NCBI RefSeq assembly: GCF_009914755.1
Contig: NC_060932.1
Length of the DNA stretch: 64,000 nucleotides
Direction: 5' to 3' (one strand)
Source: the human T2T-CHM13v2.0 reference genome, Homo sapiens
The notes beneath the pieces were generated by a model. That model was not told the DNA's origin. It saw nothing but the letters and a program-made list of their open reading frames with translations, and did not search any database. Of this stretch, positions 40,701 through 54,983 are shown in pieces. Numbering within the stretch: position 1 is the stretch's first letter; the number at the start of each line of letters is the position of its first letter. A program made the position numbers and the translations under genes.

Positions 40701-41299
40701 CTGTTACAGGTGGTAAATTTGGACGAAATAGCTCTGAGAGTTAACCCTCAACTTTCAGTGCTCAGTGAATATAGTGTATGTGAGACAGTTTTAAAAACTC
40801 ATCTAACAATTCTTGACTTCAAGTGATGAATTCACAAGTTTGGACGGGCTACAGCAAAAACAAAGGATATTCCCTAAGGCCCCGGACCCACATATCAGAT
40901 CTATAGGATAATTGGACCTGACAGGGAAAGAACCACACATGCATGCTCTTGTTACTTTATATTCCTTAAACTTTTTGCCCAGGAAGATGCCCCAAAGTGA
41001 GATAGAAATGAAGGAGAAGGAGAAAGCAGCCAGACTATTTCTACAGAGAGAGGCATAGGCATTTAATCCTGAGCCTTCACTGTGAAGCCCAATAGCTTTC
41101 ACAACAACAAAATTGAGAGAAACATTACTCCAAAGTGGAAAACAATAACATGGGGAGAAGATAATTGATGTTTTAAAAACATACCATTTTGGGTCCAAAT
41201 GCAGCAGCTAATTCTCTTTTATTCCATGCCATACAGACTTCTTCAGAAATTCCGTAAGATCTCCCAATCAAGATTGGGAAAATCTAAATAGAAGCTAGC

Positions 41300-41736
41300 T
41301 GTGATTGTTAATACTGAGTGTCAACTTGATTGGATTGAAGGATACAAAGTATTGATCCCGGGTGTGTCTGCCAGGATGTTGCCAAAGGAGATTAACATTT
41401 GAGTCAGTGGATTGGGAAAGGCAGATCCACCCTTAATCTGGGTAGGCAAAATCTAATCAACTGCCAGTGCAGCTAGAATATAAGCAGGTAGAAAAATGTG
41501 AAAAGAGAGACTGGCCTAGCCACCCAGCCTACATCTTTCTCCCGTGCTGGATGCTTCCTGCCCTCAAATATTGGACTTCAAATTCTTCAGCTTTGGAACT
41601 CAGATTGGCTCTCCTTGCTCCTCAGCCTGCAGATAGCCTATTGTGGGAAGTTGTGATCATGTGAGTTAATAACTTAATAAATTCCCATATATATATTCCA
41701 TTAGTTCTGTCCCTGTAGAGAACCCTGACTAATAAA
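41300..41736 (+). mobile_element. MLT2A (HERV-L) solo LTR
   Basis: TGTGATTGTTAATACTGAGTGTCAACTTGATTGGATTGAAGG...GAGAACCCTGACTAATA. TSD CTAGC/CTAAC. Confidence 0.92.
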
Positions 41737-41989
41737 CTAACATCGAAGTTACATTTGGCTATTACCAAAACAAACAAACAAACAAAACTGCAGCAAAAGT
41801 TAAAGGGAAATAATTATCAGTAAAAATTAGACTAATAATGTATAAAGAACTGAGATCACACTAAGAAATACATGAGAAAGTGTTTGGGAAAATATTTTTT
41901 AATAATAAGAGATAAATGACTCTATGATTTTTTAAGAAAATACCTCGAAGGAGAAATGTAGAATGTGTAAATAAAGGAGGTTAAAATAA

Positions 41990-43000
41990 AATGTCACAGT
42001 TCAGTAATAAATAGAAAAGTAAAATAAAGAAACTTCTGAGCACAAGCACTTTATAATCAACAACAACAACAAAATAGAAAAACTTGGCTGCAAATACAGG
42101 ACAAGAAACCTCACAAAATTAGTCAGAATACAAAAAGCACACAAAAGAAAAAATTGATAAAATTGAACATCAAAAATTAAGTATTCTGTACATCAAAAAT
42201 ATAGATTAAAAATGATAAGCAAGCCATAGACTGGAAAAAATATTTCTAATATTTATATCTAACATAATTATATCTTCTATAGATCAATAATAAAGACAAC
42301 CCAATTTTTGAAAAAAAGAAAGGACTTGAACCAATGCCTCAGAAAAGAATATATGCAATTGCAAAAAACATACATGAAAAATTGTTTGGCATTATTGGTC
42401 ATCAGGGAAATTAAAATAATATCATTACTTTAATTTTCATACTATCTGATATGGTTTGATTGTGTCCCCACCCAAATCTCAACTTGAATTGTACCTCCCA
42501 GAATTCCCACATGTTGTGGGAAGGAACCAGTGGGAAGTAATTCAATCATGGGGGCCAGCCTTTCCCATGCTATTCTTGTGATAGTGAATAAGTCTTATGA
42601 GATCTGATGGATTTATCACAGGTTTCCATTTTTGCTTCTCTCTCATTTTTTCTCTTGTTGCTGTCATGTAAGAAGTGCCTTTCACCTCCCACCATGATTC
42701 TGAGGCCTCCCCAGCCATGTGGAACTATAAGTCCAATTAAACCTCTTTTTCTTCCCAGTCTCAGGTATGTCTTTATCAGCAATGTGAAAATGGATTAATA
42801 CACTATCTATAGCATGAGATACTATTTCATGACCACAAGAATGGGTAAAGTAAAACATTAATAATATCAAATGTTGGTGAGAATATGGAATAATCATTAC
42901 TCTTATTCATTTTTGGTGGGATCATAAAATGGTGTAATTACTTTGGAGAATAGTAGTACAGATGCCTTACTGATAGAAATATATCTACTGCATGATCCAA
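41990..43000 (+). mobile_element. Old L1 (L1M) ORF2 3' fragment, interrupted by THE1A
   Basis: Degenerate ORF2-end motifs (TCATCAGGGAAAT, ATGAGATACTATTTCA, TGTTGGTGAGAATATGGA). Confidence 0.65.
42447..42802 (+). mobile_element. THE1A-like solo LTR
   Basis: TGATATGGTTTG...CTCCCAGAATTCCCAC...TGGATTAATACA. Perfect TSD CTATC (42442-42446 / 42803-42807). Confidence 0.92.
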
Positions 43001-43009
43001 ACATGGATG

Positions 43010-44534
43010 GTTTGCCTGACAGCACCCCCAGAGGACTCAGACAACAGTCAGTAACAACTACTGGACAAGTGAATAAATACTCCTCCAGAGGATTCTAGCG
43101 CTCACTCATTAAAAGCCAACAATTTTTTAGTCTTCCCAGAAGAGACCCTAGACATCATTGAGCAAGAGAAAGTCATTTCTGTATCCTTACTGTGCTTTGT
43201 TTGAATCTCTGTTCCACAAATTTGTGAAAATCATAAAGCAGTTGGTTTAAGCCAGTACAATAACTAGACCAGTAAACTTGGGGTCATCGTTATTTAGTAA
43301 TAATAAGTGGGACAGAAATTTGGGAGCTGGAAGTAGGAAGCTAACATGACAAAAACATGGCATTGGCTCTGAAACTGGATTAGATGGGAGCCAGAAGAGC
43401 CTTGGGAAGGCTGTCAGTAAAGGCCAGATGATACCGAGGGAGACAATTATGCAAGCTGGAAGGACAGGGAGATAAGTGTTATTGGAAGCTGGGGTAAAAA
43501 AGATTTTTTTTAAAGTATTACAAAATTTAGCAAAATTGTTCCATGTGACAACATAAAAATAGAAAATATACACCTGACAAACCTGATGATCTAGACAAGG
43601 AGATCTCCAATAAAAGTGTTGAAGGTGCCTCCTGACCTCTTTGAGCCACCTGTAATAGAATGAGAGACGAAAGAGTTTTTGAGTAAAATTTGGAGGAAGG
43701 TACAGGAAACTATCCTGTACACTTTACAGGATAGTTTCAGCAGCAAACTATTCTCAAAGAAAGAGCCTTAAGCCAAAAATCATATCAAAGGTGGATATCC
43801 TATACTTGCAGGTGATTCCAGTTTCTTAGTCTTTCCTTCTGAGGCCCCAGACATCTTGGAACAGAAAAAAAACAAAAAGCAGAAGCAAAACAAAACAAAA
43901 TAACCTATCCCTGTGGCACTCTGTCTAGAGTCCTGACCCAGAGAATTGGTGAACGTGAAAAAATGATTGCTTGAAACCCCTGAGTTTTGGGGTGGTTTGT
44001 TATGCAGCAATGGTAGCAAGAACAGTAAGAAAAACAAAAATGACCCCTTTTATCTAAGTTGTCAAATTTTCTGGAATCTGAAATGAATATAGCAGAAGTG
44101 AAGCTGACTGACTTTGAGTGTACTTCAGAAAGTGATACAGCTTCTTCCTTGTGGGTAGAACGGTACCTTTGGAGACCAGAGCTTCCATGTATGAAATGCA
44201 ATTACTCTGAAGTTGCCATGCTGTGAGGAAGCCCACGGCACATGGAGATGTCACATGTGGGTTCCCAGTTAACAGCCCACTTCTCAGGGGCCAGCCAGCA
44301 GCCAGGCTCATCTTCCAAACATGTGAGTGAAAATACTTGCAGAAGATTCCCAGCTCCAGCTTTAAATTTGCCCTCAGTTTTTTAGTCTTTCCTGCTGAGG
44401 CTCCAGGCATCTTGGAACAGAAAAAAAAAACTATCCCTGTTGTGCCCTTTCTGGAGTCCTGACCCAGAGAACTGTTGAATGTGATACCACTGAGTTTTGA
44501 GGTGGTTTGTTATGCAGCAATGGTAGCAAGAACA
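43010..44534 (+). mobile_element. MLT1 (F/G/H-like) LTR and internal remnants with a duplicated LTR 3' end
   Basis: LTR end followed by MLT1-internal start (CATGGCATTGGCTCTGAAACTGG). Two copies of GGTTTGTTATGCAGCAATGGTAGCAAGAACA. Confidence 0.75.
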
Positions 44535-44599
44535 GTATGAAAGACAAAAAATGGTCTCTTTTATCTAAGATGTCAAATGTGCTGACCTAAATTTGCTCA

Positions 44600-45010
44600 C
44601 ACTCTTTATTTATTATCCTTTTAATATCTGTAGGATCTGTGGTGCAGATTCTATCATATTATGTTACAGGAAAGCTTTTTCTTTCCTGCTATTGATGATT
44701 TTTATTTCCTCTCTTTTTTACTTAAGTCTACCTAGAAGCTTGTGAATTTTGCTTACTTTTTCAAGGAGTTAGCTTTTGGCTTTCTTAATTTTTTCCATTG
44801 TCTCTATGTTTTCTACTTTCTTGATTTCTGCCCTTTATTATTTCCTCCTACCTACTTACTTTAAGTTTATTTTTGCTTTTTTTTTCTAGCTTTGTGAAGT
44901 GCAACCTTAAGTCGTTGAATTTAGATCTTTCTTCTTTTCCAATATAAGTACATAAAATTCTGTTTCCATCCAAGCACTGCTCTGTGTGTATCCCACAAAT
45001 TTTGACACAG
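44600..45010 (-). mobile_element. Old L1 ORF2 fragment
   Basis: T-rich antisense L1 motifs (TTGATTTCTGCCCTTTATTATTTCC, GTATCCCACAAATTTTGA). Confidence 0.7.
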
Positions 45011-45059
45011 ATTTGAATTATCTATTTGTAGTCAATTTCTACTTCAATGTGTTTATTTT

Positions 45060-45171
45060 AAGACTAGTTGAGTGCAGTAGTGAGAAGCAGGGAAAAAGTA
45101 GAACAAGGAGTTCAATGTATAACTGACTGTGAACAATCAATTGAGATAATTCACTACCTTTGGGCCTAACT
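45060..45171 (-). pseudogene. RNY1: Y1 RNA (RNY1) retropseudogene
   Basis: Reverse complement ...AAGGTAGTGAATTATCTCAATTGATTGTTCACAGTCAGTTATACATTGAACTCCTTGTTCTAC...CTTCTCACTACTGCACTCAACTAGTCTT matches hY1 along its full length with scattered substitutions. Short A tail and a TSD. The symbol names the parent gene. Confidence 0.93.
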
Positions 45172-46322
45172 GCAATGCATTTTTATTTTTACTTTATCAG
45201 ACACTACATTTCAGAGAAGAGGAGAACCATGTTAGCAAAACATGGTCTTTTCATACAATAATGCCTAAAAATCCTGCTGTATAATTTTCACTTAAATTAA
45301 TGGTCATTTCACCTCCATGTGAAATAAAGTGGAGAAATTTAAAAATTGCAGATTTTAGTAAAAAATCATTGAAAATAATGATGAAAGCAATAGGATATTT
45401 TATCTGATTGCATCATCATGTCTATATTTAAAAGGGAATAAAAAACAGACATACCAGCTTTAGTGAATACAAATGACAGGAAAGAACAGCTGGTGCTACA
45501 GTGCACTTAGAACACATGACACATAATTCTCTTATATTATTACCCTGTGAGCCCTACATAGGTAAGCAGCCCCTTCAGTGTATGAGAACACCTGTGATTA
45601 GCTCCAACCAGGGAAGTAGCAGCAATGGGTGTTCAGCTAATCAAGAACAGATTGATATTTACAGTTGATCACTGGGTTTTCTTTTTGACCAGTTTCTAAT
45701 ACAATTATTCTGAAGCCAGTGGCATTTCATATTACAAGGGTAAAAGTATTTTATTTAATTTATACTACTATTCTTTTTAAAGTCATTAATCTACAAAATC
45801 TATGAGGTTTTAAGTCATATATATGTGATTCATATGTGATTTGGTGTAGGAGGTTTGACATTTGCTTACTATTGGCTAATTATCATTTGTTTTATATGTA
45901 CTCGTTCATTTATTATTTTCATCCCATAAAGAGAGTTTTTCTCTTTTCAAATATCCTGTCTTTAAATGAAGAAATAGAAAATTTCATAGAGATTAAATAA
46001 TTTGCCTAAAGTAACATAATAATTAGTTTACACAAGGTTCTAACCTAGGTCTGTTTTCATCAGTTGCATTATGTTGGAGATTTATTTATACTAGACAACA
46101 AGCCCTTTTTTCCATTTCAACTGTAATATTAATTCCTCTTTGTCACTTTTGTTGACAATTAAATGGCAAACTAATTACCTGGATGGCCAAAATATGCTGT
46201 TATTATTTATTATTAATCAGTGTGGTGTTGTCATGAAAGCCAGGGAGAAACAAGTGAGGACTGGCCCTCTCTCTCATCTCAAATTTAGTTATACTTGAAT
46301 TGCACTTGAAAAAGCACACTGC

Positions 46323-46848
46323 ATCCCATTACTGGGTATATACCCAAAGGAATATAAATAATTCTATTACAAAGACACATTCATGCACATGTTCACTGCA
46401 ACACTATTCATGATAGCAAAGACATGGAATCAACCTAAATGTTCATCAGTGACAGGCTGGATAAAGAAAATGTGGTACATATACACCATGGAATACTATG
46501 CAGCCATAACAAACAATGAGATCATGTACTTTGCAGAGACATGTTTGGAGCTGGAGGCCATTATCTTTAGCAAACTAACACAGGAACAGAAAACCAAGTG
46601 CCAACATGTTCTCACTTATAAGTGGCAGCTAAATGATGAGAACCCATGGTCATACAGAGGGGAACAAGAAACATGGGAGCCTCTGGGAGGGTAGAGGTGG
46701 GAGGAGGGAGAGGATCAGGAGAAATAATTAATGGGTACTAGGCTGAATACCTGGGCAATGAAATAATCTGTACAATAAACTCCCTTGACACAAGTTTACC
46801 CATGTTAGAAACATTCACATGTACTCCTGAACTTAAAATAAAAGTTAA
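46323..46848 (+). mobile_element. 5'-truncated L1PA (about PA10-13) 3' end
   Basis: ORF2 C-terminus (AKTWNQPKC...WYIYTMEYYAAI) and 3'UTR. TSD AAAAAGCACACTGC (46309-46322) / AAAAAGTATACTGC (46849-46862). Confidence 0.92.
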
Positions 46849-47139
46849 AAAAAGTATACTGCTGTAAGTTTGGGGTCCATAATCTTAGAAAGGTAACATT
46901 AATAAAGAAAACGGTTAGGCAGGTAGGTATTTTACTTATCAGTGTTATGTTCAAAATAATTTTTCATTGATGCTTGTTGATATTTTCAGAATTTTTAAAA
47001 TAAAAGATGTTTGAGAAAATTTGCAAATCAAGATAAATAAATGGATTTATTAGGATACGATATTGTGGATTAAGTGGACTATGAGGTTTTATAGCCTGTA
47101 AGAAGGAGTTTAATACACCTTTCACGGGGCTAAGAGCCT

Positions 47140-47690
47140 GCAACACAGAGGAAACTGTCAGTTTTGGATGTGTAATTCTGAAGGAACAATATTAAGGATT
47201 TTTAACTTTTTCCTAAGGATAATTGGAAGCCAATAAGGATTTTAGGCAGAGTGGAGACATCATAATATACTGGGTAGAGAATGACATAGAAGAGGTGTGG
47301 ACAGAGTGAACAAAACAGAAGTCAAACATAGATCAATTATAATGCTCTAAGTGAGCAATAATAGTGGCTTGGACATATATGGTAAAAAGGGGTCTGGGTT
47401 AACGTAGATAAAAATAATTTGATAATAAAAATAATTTGATAAACAATAGCATTTGGTGATTGATTAGGGGTATAGTGTATTAGAGAGGAAGATGTAAAGG
47501 AAAATGTAGAGAAGAATTTTCAGACACATGAAATTGGATAAGAGGTGGTACCATTTACCAAAATAGGGATCACAATAAAAAGAGCAGATTTGAATACTAG
47601 GAGTGAAGATCATGAACTCATCTTTGGGGTAAATGAAGCATAAGAGGCCTGTGAGGTGTGTGCATGCAGGGATTTAATAGAAAAGTCTGG
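47140..47690 (-). mobile_element. L2 fragment
   Basis: Antisense L2 motifs (GGATTTTAGGCAGAG, AGTGGCTTGGAC, GGTGGTACCATTTACC). Confidence 0.65.
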
Positions 47691-48199
47691 TATAATTTGA
47701 ACTATCATCTTTTATTTCTTGTTGATCTTTAATCTTCTACCATCATGCTAGTTTATATCCCACATTGGTTCATGTTGCATTGTTCTTTGCTTTAATATGT
47801 CAAAAGCATTCAAATATTCAGTGTATATTTTAATGAAAAGCAAAATACTCAGCCAGGTAATAATGCATAGTACTTGTATGCCAGAATTCTGAGTCAGCAA
47901 TGATCTCATTAACTTTATTAATATCTGTAGATGAACTATAATAGAACAGCTGAAAAATTATGCCCATTCATCTTCTAGCCAAGCCTAACAAGGGGAAGAA
48001 TATTCAGGAAAAAAGGCTGGGATGGGATAGTGGCTTCAGGATTACAACAGCTTGAGGGTGGTAGTATGAGATGTTCCTCTACTTATCAATGATAATACCT
48101 GAATATATTCCCGCATGTCAAACATTTCTATTCATTGTAACCAATAGCTTCCCTTCTCCTCCCTGTGTTCCTTCTTTGTCCCAAATCCTTCTGATGACT

Positions 48200-48760
48200 T
48201 ATTTTCTCATGCAGAGGAAAGGCCAATTTCTTACTCTGACCTAAAGACCCCAGAGTCTGTCCCCTTACTGCCAGTCCACTGTCATGTTCCACTGTTTCTA
48301 CTTTAATTCAGTTCCATAGTCTTCCTTGATGGTCCTCAAATCAGTCAAAACCTTGATGGTACTCAAATTTTGCCTGTTTCAGGGCTTTGCACTTGCTGTT
48401 CTGTCTATCCAGAACACTCTTCCCCTACTGCATGGCTCACTTGTACCCCTACATGTACTTCACATCTCCACTCAAATGTCTCTTATAAGGGAGGATTTCC
48501 CTGCTTACCTATATGAAGGAGTGCCTCTCCTCATGACTCTGTCCCCTGTCTGCTTCTTTATCCCTATATCACTTAGTGCCAGATGATGTAAATTTACTCA
48601 TTTATTTTCCCCGTTCCCAGCCCACCCCAATCTAGAAAGTAAGCTCCATTAAGGAAAGGTCTTGCTTTGTTCATTATTGTATTTCCAGCACTCAGAAAAA
48701 TTATAACACAGAGTAGGTGCTCAATAAATAATTGTTGGAAGAGTGAGTGGATGAGTGGGT
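48200..48760 (+). mobile_element. L2 3' end
   Basis: CAGGGCTTTGCACTTGCTGTTC...AAGCTCCA...GTAGGTGCTCAATAAATAATTGTTG with a (TGAG/TGGA) tail. Confidence 0.8.
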
Positions 48761-49809
48761 TACTGGAAACTGCAGGGTACAGGTTGCAGGTAACCCGAGA
48801 ACCACTGTATGCTCATTCTGATCATTAGAATGTTCTGTGTGTATTTGTTTTAATCACTGTCATATAGAAGCCTAATTTTTTCATTCATTCATTTTTTAAT
48901 TTAGCTTTAGGTTTTTGGGTTCTACTCTTCGTTGATCTGTTTTTTTTATGTCAGTGTAAATAAAGTGTGTCTCTGTTCTGAAACACCACCTTTTATTCGT
49001 CCAACAGCCCACTGATTCTCCCTATTTGCACCCCCACAATACTCATGCTCCATTACTGTGTGTACTGTAGCCCATAAATCAAAGTCCAGCAACTCATTTA
49101 AAGAAAACTGTCACTAGGAAAAAATCTTTTTCAGTTGGTTTGTGTAATTTTACAAAAATACCAGCAGATGTTGCTATTGCAACATCTTGATTCTTAGTCT
49201 TTACCTGTCCTGAGAGGCACAATAATACTGTCACAGAGAGATATCAAGATTTTCTAGGAATGATCCTACTTTTTGGGTTTTAGACACTTCAGTGCTAAAG
49301 AAAGGGACATCCTTAGTTCTGTTTCTTGTTCATAGTGACAATTGCTTAAGGTGTAGGTCTAGCAGAATGTATATGCCCCAGATTAGGTATCTCATTTTCT
49401 CAGATATTGTGGAATTGACTACTCAAGGCCCATCATTCTTGAGCTTAAGGAAATGCCAATTCAGCTTTGGCCTAATTCACTAGATAGGGTCGTCACCTTT
49501 AAATTGTTTCTGCCTATGTGGCCACTCGGGCTGCTTCTACTTTAAAACCTTTAAATTATGTTCCTCTGTTGAAACGTCTCTGGGCAAAACCATACAATGA
49601 TAATAAATAAAAGTAGTACAGGGCTTTATACTATGCACAATTTCTTCAAGCATATTTTTTTCATATACATCTTCATAACAACCCTCAGGGTGACACATTA
49701 TAAATAACTTCAAAATAGAAAATTCATAAATTAGTCAAAAAGTTCTGTCACTGTAGGCAACAACATATAGAATTACACATAAAGTTATTTATAAATTTTG
49801 AATTCAAAT

Positions 49810-51070
<1,261 letters not shown>

Positions 51071-51257
51071 CTGTTACTATAGTAGTTTGTGTCTTTTTTC
51101 ACATATGTATGTCATACCGAGTACTGTGTATTAACCCAGGAGCCCCAAACTCATATTTCTACAACCTGTTTGAGAAGTCACTGCGCTTGGGACTTTTTGT
51201 GTGGGGTCAGATAGATCTAATTTGGATAGGCTTAGAAGAGAGGAATTATTGTGAATT

Positions 51258-51579
51258 AATTTAATCTAATTTATTTTATTTTTTAAAGACAGAGTCTCAC
51301 TATGTTGCCAAGGCTGGAGTGCAGTGTGACCAAGGCTGGTGCGACCTTGGCTCACCGCAGCTTCTGCCTCCCAGGTTCAAACAATTCTCATGTGCCAGCC
51401 TCCCGAGTAGCTGGGATTACAGGTGTGCACCTCTATACCTGGCTAATTTTTGTATTTTTAGTAGAGATGGGGTTTTGCCATGTTGGCCAGGCTGGTCTTG
51501 ATCTCCTGACCTCAAGTGATCCACCTGCCTTGGCCTACCTAAGTGCTAGGATTACAGGTGTGAGCCACCATGCCCAGCC
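51258..51579 (-). mobile_element. AluS
   Basis: Full antisense Alu. TSD GAATTATTGT(G/T)AATT at 51243-51257 / 51580-51594. Confidence 0.92.
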
Positions 51580-52014
51580 GAATTATTGTTAATTTATACA
51601 GAAGGATCTGGCCTAGAAAAAAAGAGAGATGTCAATGATTAAGAACAGCTTGCTAGTTAGCAGCACCTGTACGATGTGATGATGGCAATACTTAAATTAT
51701 TCTGGCCAGTCCGGTGAACTCAGTGGCTTAGATTGGCCAAGTACTCAAAAAATGAGCAAAATAATCTGGACATTACAAAAAGATATCATAAAATTCATGC
51801 ACTTAATTCATAGGAATGCCCATGACATTTTACATGTGATCTGAAGTGTTGAATGATCTAGTTTAGAAACTCAAAAAACATGAAAGGCCAGCAATAATAA
51901 GAGGACAAATGAATGCTTCTAAAGACAGATACCTTTTGCAACAAACAGTAAGTGCTTTCAGCCTAAGTGTGATGGGGAAGACAAAAATAAAATCTAAAAA
52001 TTGGTGGTAAGAAA

Positions 52015-52235
52015 TTTTAGACTGGACAACGTAGCAAGACCCAGCCTCTACAAAAAATTTAAAACCTTAGCTGGGCATGTTGGTGTATGCCTGTGGTCCC
52101 TGCTACTTGGGATGCTGAGATGGAAGGATCTGTTGAGCCCAGGATGTCTAGGTTGTTATTAGCCATGATTGTGCCATTGCACTTTAGTCTTGGCAAAAGA
52201 GCAAGACCTTGTCTCCAAAAAGCAAAATAACAAAA
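52015..52235 (+). mobile_element. Partial AluJ
   Basis: End of left arm, linker and a diverged right arm with an A tail. Confidence 0.85.
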
Positions 52236-53140
52236 AAGGAAACCTGAATATCCAATATTCCATGACTAAGTCCTACCTGTTGGATTAGCCCTGGGAGCCT
52301 CGTTGTATAAAATTACAATACAGTCATTTACACTGAGAATGGTGACCCCCTCAGCTTGAATAGTGTATAATCAATTTTGGAAATAATACCATTTTCAACA
52401 TGCTTAGGGTTATAAGTGGTCAGCTTCATTTTTTTTTGATTGAATGCTTAATGAAACACTTCATTTTTCTCATGATACTGAATTTTTAATGTTTTCTGAA
52501 CTATAGAAATAATATTTTTAGGAAAAGATCATAGATTCTTAAATAACATATTTAAACATTCTGATTCATTCATCTATTCATTTTTATATTAACCAACTGC
52601 TTATTGAGTTTATTCCCTGTGTGAGACACTCTTCAGAATGCGTTGAAGAGTCTGATCTTTCTCTGTTTTTAATAACCTTTCTCCTTGTGAGAAAAGAAAG
52701 AAAGCATATCAGTGCAGTTACAATTTATGCAAGACTCTGAAGCATTTTTTAATGCTTTGGGACAACTACTCAGAGAAAGCTGTAAGAGTACAAATTACCA
52801 AACAAATCCTATTATTCCTTTCCTCCTCCTTTATAACTGATGCAACAAATGAGAAAATGTAAATGTAGCATATTGCAAATCGGTGGCTTATAAGAAATAC
52901 ACAAGTAAATGAGATAAATATTTGCCCAATGAACAAAAATGTAAATATGTTTTTTCCTAAGAGGATACGATCAAAGGTAGATGATAAATAACTTCTTAAT
53001 AAAAGTGTATAAGAAGCTAGTTCTTTTTACTTGATCCAAATGTACCATTTCAAATATTTGTAATGCTGCTCTGGAAATGCATACTTACAATATCTAAGTC
53101 TAAGTTTATCCAATTGAAACCAAGAGCAGGTCTATTGATA

Positions 53141-53515
53141 TGACACGGTTTGGCTGTGTCCCCACCCAAATCTCATCTTGAATTGTAATCCTCATAATCC
53201 TCATGTGTTTAGGGAAAGACCCAGTGGAAGGTGATTGGATCATGGGAGCAGTTTCCCCCATGCTGTTCTCATGATAGTGAGTTCGTTCTCACGACATCTG
53301 ATGGTTTTATAAGGGGATCTTCCCCCTTCGCTACTCAATCTTCTCTCTCCTGCCACCATGTGAAAAGGTGTTTGCTTTCCCTTCACCTTCTGCCATGTTT
53401 ATAGGTTTCCTGAGGCCTCCTCTAGCCATGTGGAAGAGGTCAATTAACCTCTTTCCTTTATAAATTACCCATTCTTGGGTACTTCTTTATAGCAGTGTGA
53501 AAATAGACTAATACA
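53141..53515 (+). mobile_element. THE1C/D-like solo LTR
   Basis: TGACACGGTTTGGCTGTGTCCCCACCCAAATCTC...AGACTAATACA. TSD TGATA/TGAGA. Confidence 0.9.
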
Positions 53516-54239
53516 TGAGATAACATATGAAAATACAAATCCAAACCCCGCTTGGCAGTTTTTTCCTCATTTTTGTTTCTGTACTTAATGAGGACTCCAA
53601 AATTTACAGAAGGTTCTTAAACAGAATCAAATATGTTGGCTTGTCAATGCCTAGAAATACATTCCACAGTGCAGGTCCTGCTCCTTTGTTGATTTTCACT
53701 TTCCTCAAAATGCTTTTGTGGTTGGAGTTGTGTTCTCTTGAAATATGTTTTTTAATAGTAAACAACTAAAGAGGGAATTGTATCATTGAGTCAGTGAGCA
53801 TTTTATGAACATAGAATCTACATCACCAGGAGACAATCAGATGTGTTAAAAAAAAAAAAAAAAGAAAAAACTAAGAAAATGTTGAAGGACTCAATCAGTG
53901 CTTTCGTCAGAAAAGTTCTAAATCCAAAAATTGGCCCCACTCAATGAGTACTTGTACACAGTACAAAAAACAACAATTTTGTCTTGAGATGTGTGTGAGA
54001 TGCTGATGGCAATTACATTCAGACTCCAATTTAATATTATGCAGGCAATTTATTGATTACATGTCAGATCCTCAGTTGTTTTGCATATATTTTCCATTAA
54101 TGGCCTCAATGATCTTCTGAGATATTACAGTCATCTTTTTATAAATGATTAAACTATCATTCAAATGATTTTGAATGGCTTTTCCAAAGCCACCCAGTGG
54201 GTAAATGACAAAAGTAAGGATTTAAACTCTTTTGTATGA

Positions 54240-54570
54240 TTTTCTTTTTTCTTTTTTTTTTTTCTTTTCTTTTCTTTATAGATAGGGTCTTGCTCTGTTG
54301 CCCAAGCTGGAGTGCAGTGGCACAATCTCAGCTCACTGCACCCTCGACCTCCTAGATTCAAGCTATTTCTCCTACCTCAGTCTCCCAAGTAGCTGGGACC
54401 ACAGGTGTGAGCCACCTGGCCCAGCTGGTTTTATTTTATTTTATTATTTTTTGTAGAGATGGGGTTTTGCCACGTTGTCCAGGCTAGTTTTGAACTCCTG
54501 GGCTCAAGCAATTTGCCCGCCATGAACACCCAAAGTGCTGGGATTACAGGTGTGAGCCACCAGTTCTGGC
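54240..54570 (-). mobile_element. AluJ
   Basis: Poly-T followed by antisense Alu with GAACTCCTGGGCTCAAGC. Confidence 0.9.
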
Positions 54571-54619
54571 CTCTTTGGTATGAGTTCAAGGCCCATACCC
54601 TTTCCACAACTACCATCTA

Positions 54620-54623
<4 letters not shown>

Positions 54624-54689
<66 letters not shown>
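54624..54689. repeat. (TA)33 microsatellite in the tail position of the adjacent Alu
   Basis: 66 bp of uninterrupted TA. Confidence 0.97.
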
Positions 54690-54695
<6 letters not shown>

Positions 54696-54696
54696 C

Positions 54697-54983
<287 letters not shown>

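Noticed and set aside
46323-46848. L1 3' end as the missing tail of the L1 at 12601-16985
   Set aside because: It has its own TSD and an apparently older 3'UTR type, so it is an independent insertion.
49161-49176. CTCF-like CCAGCAGATGTTGCTA
   Set aside because: Two mismatches in the critical GGCG core.
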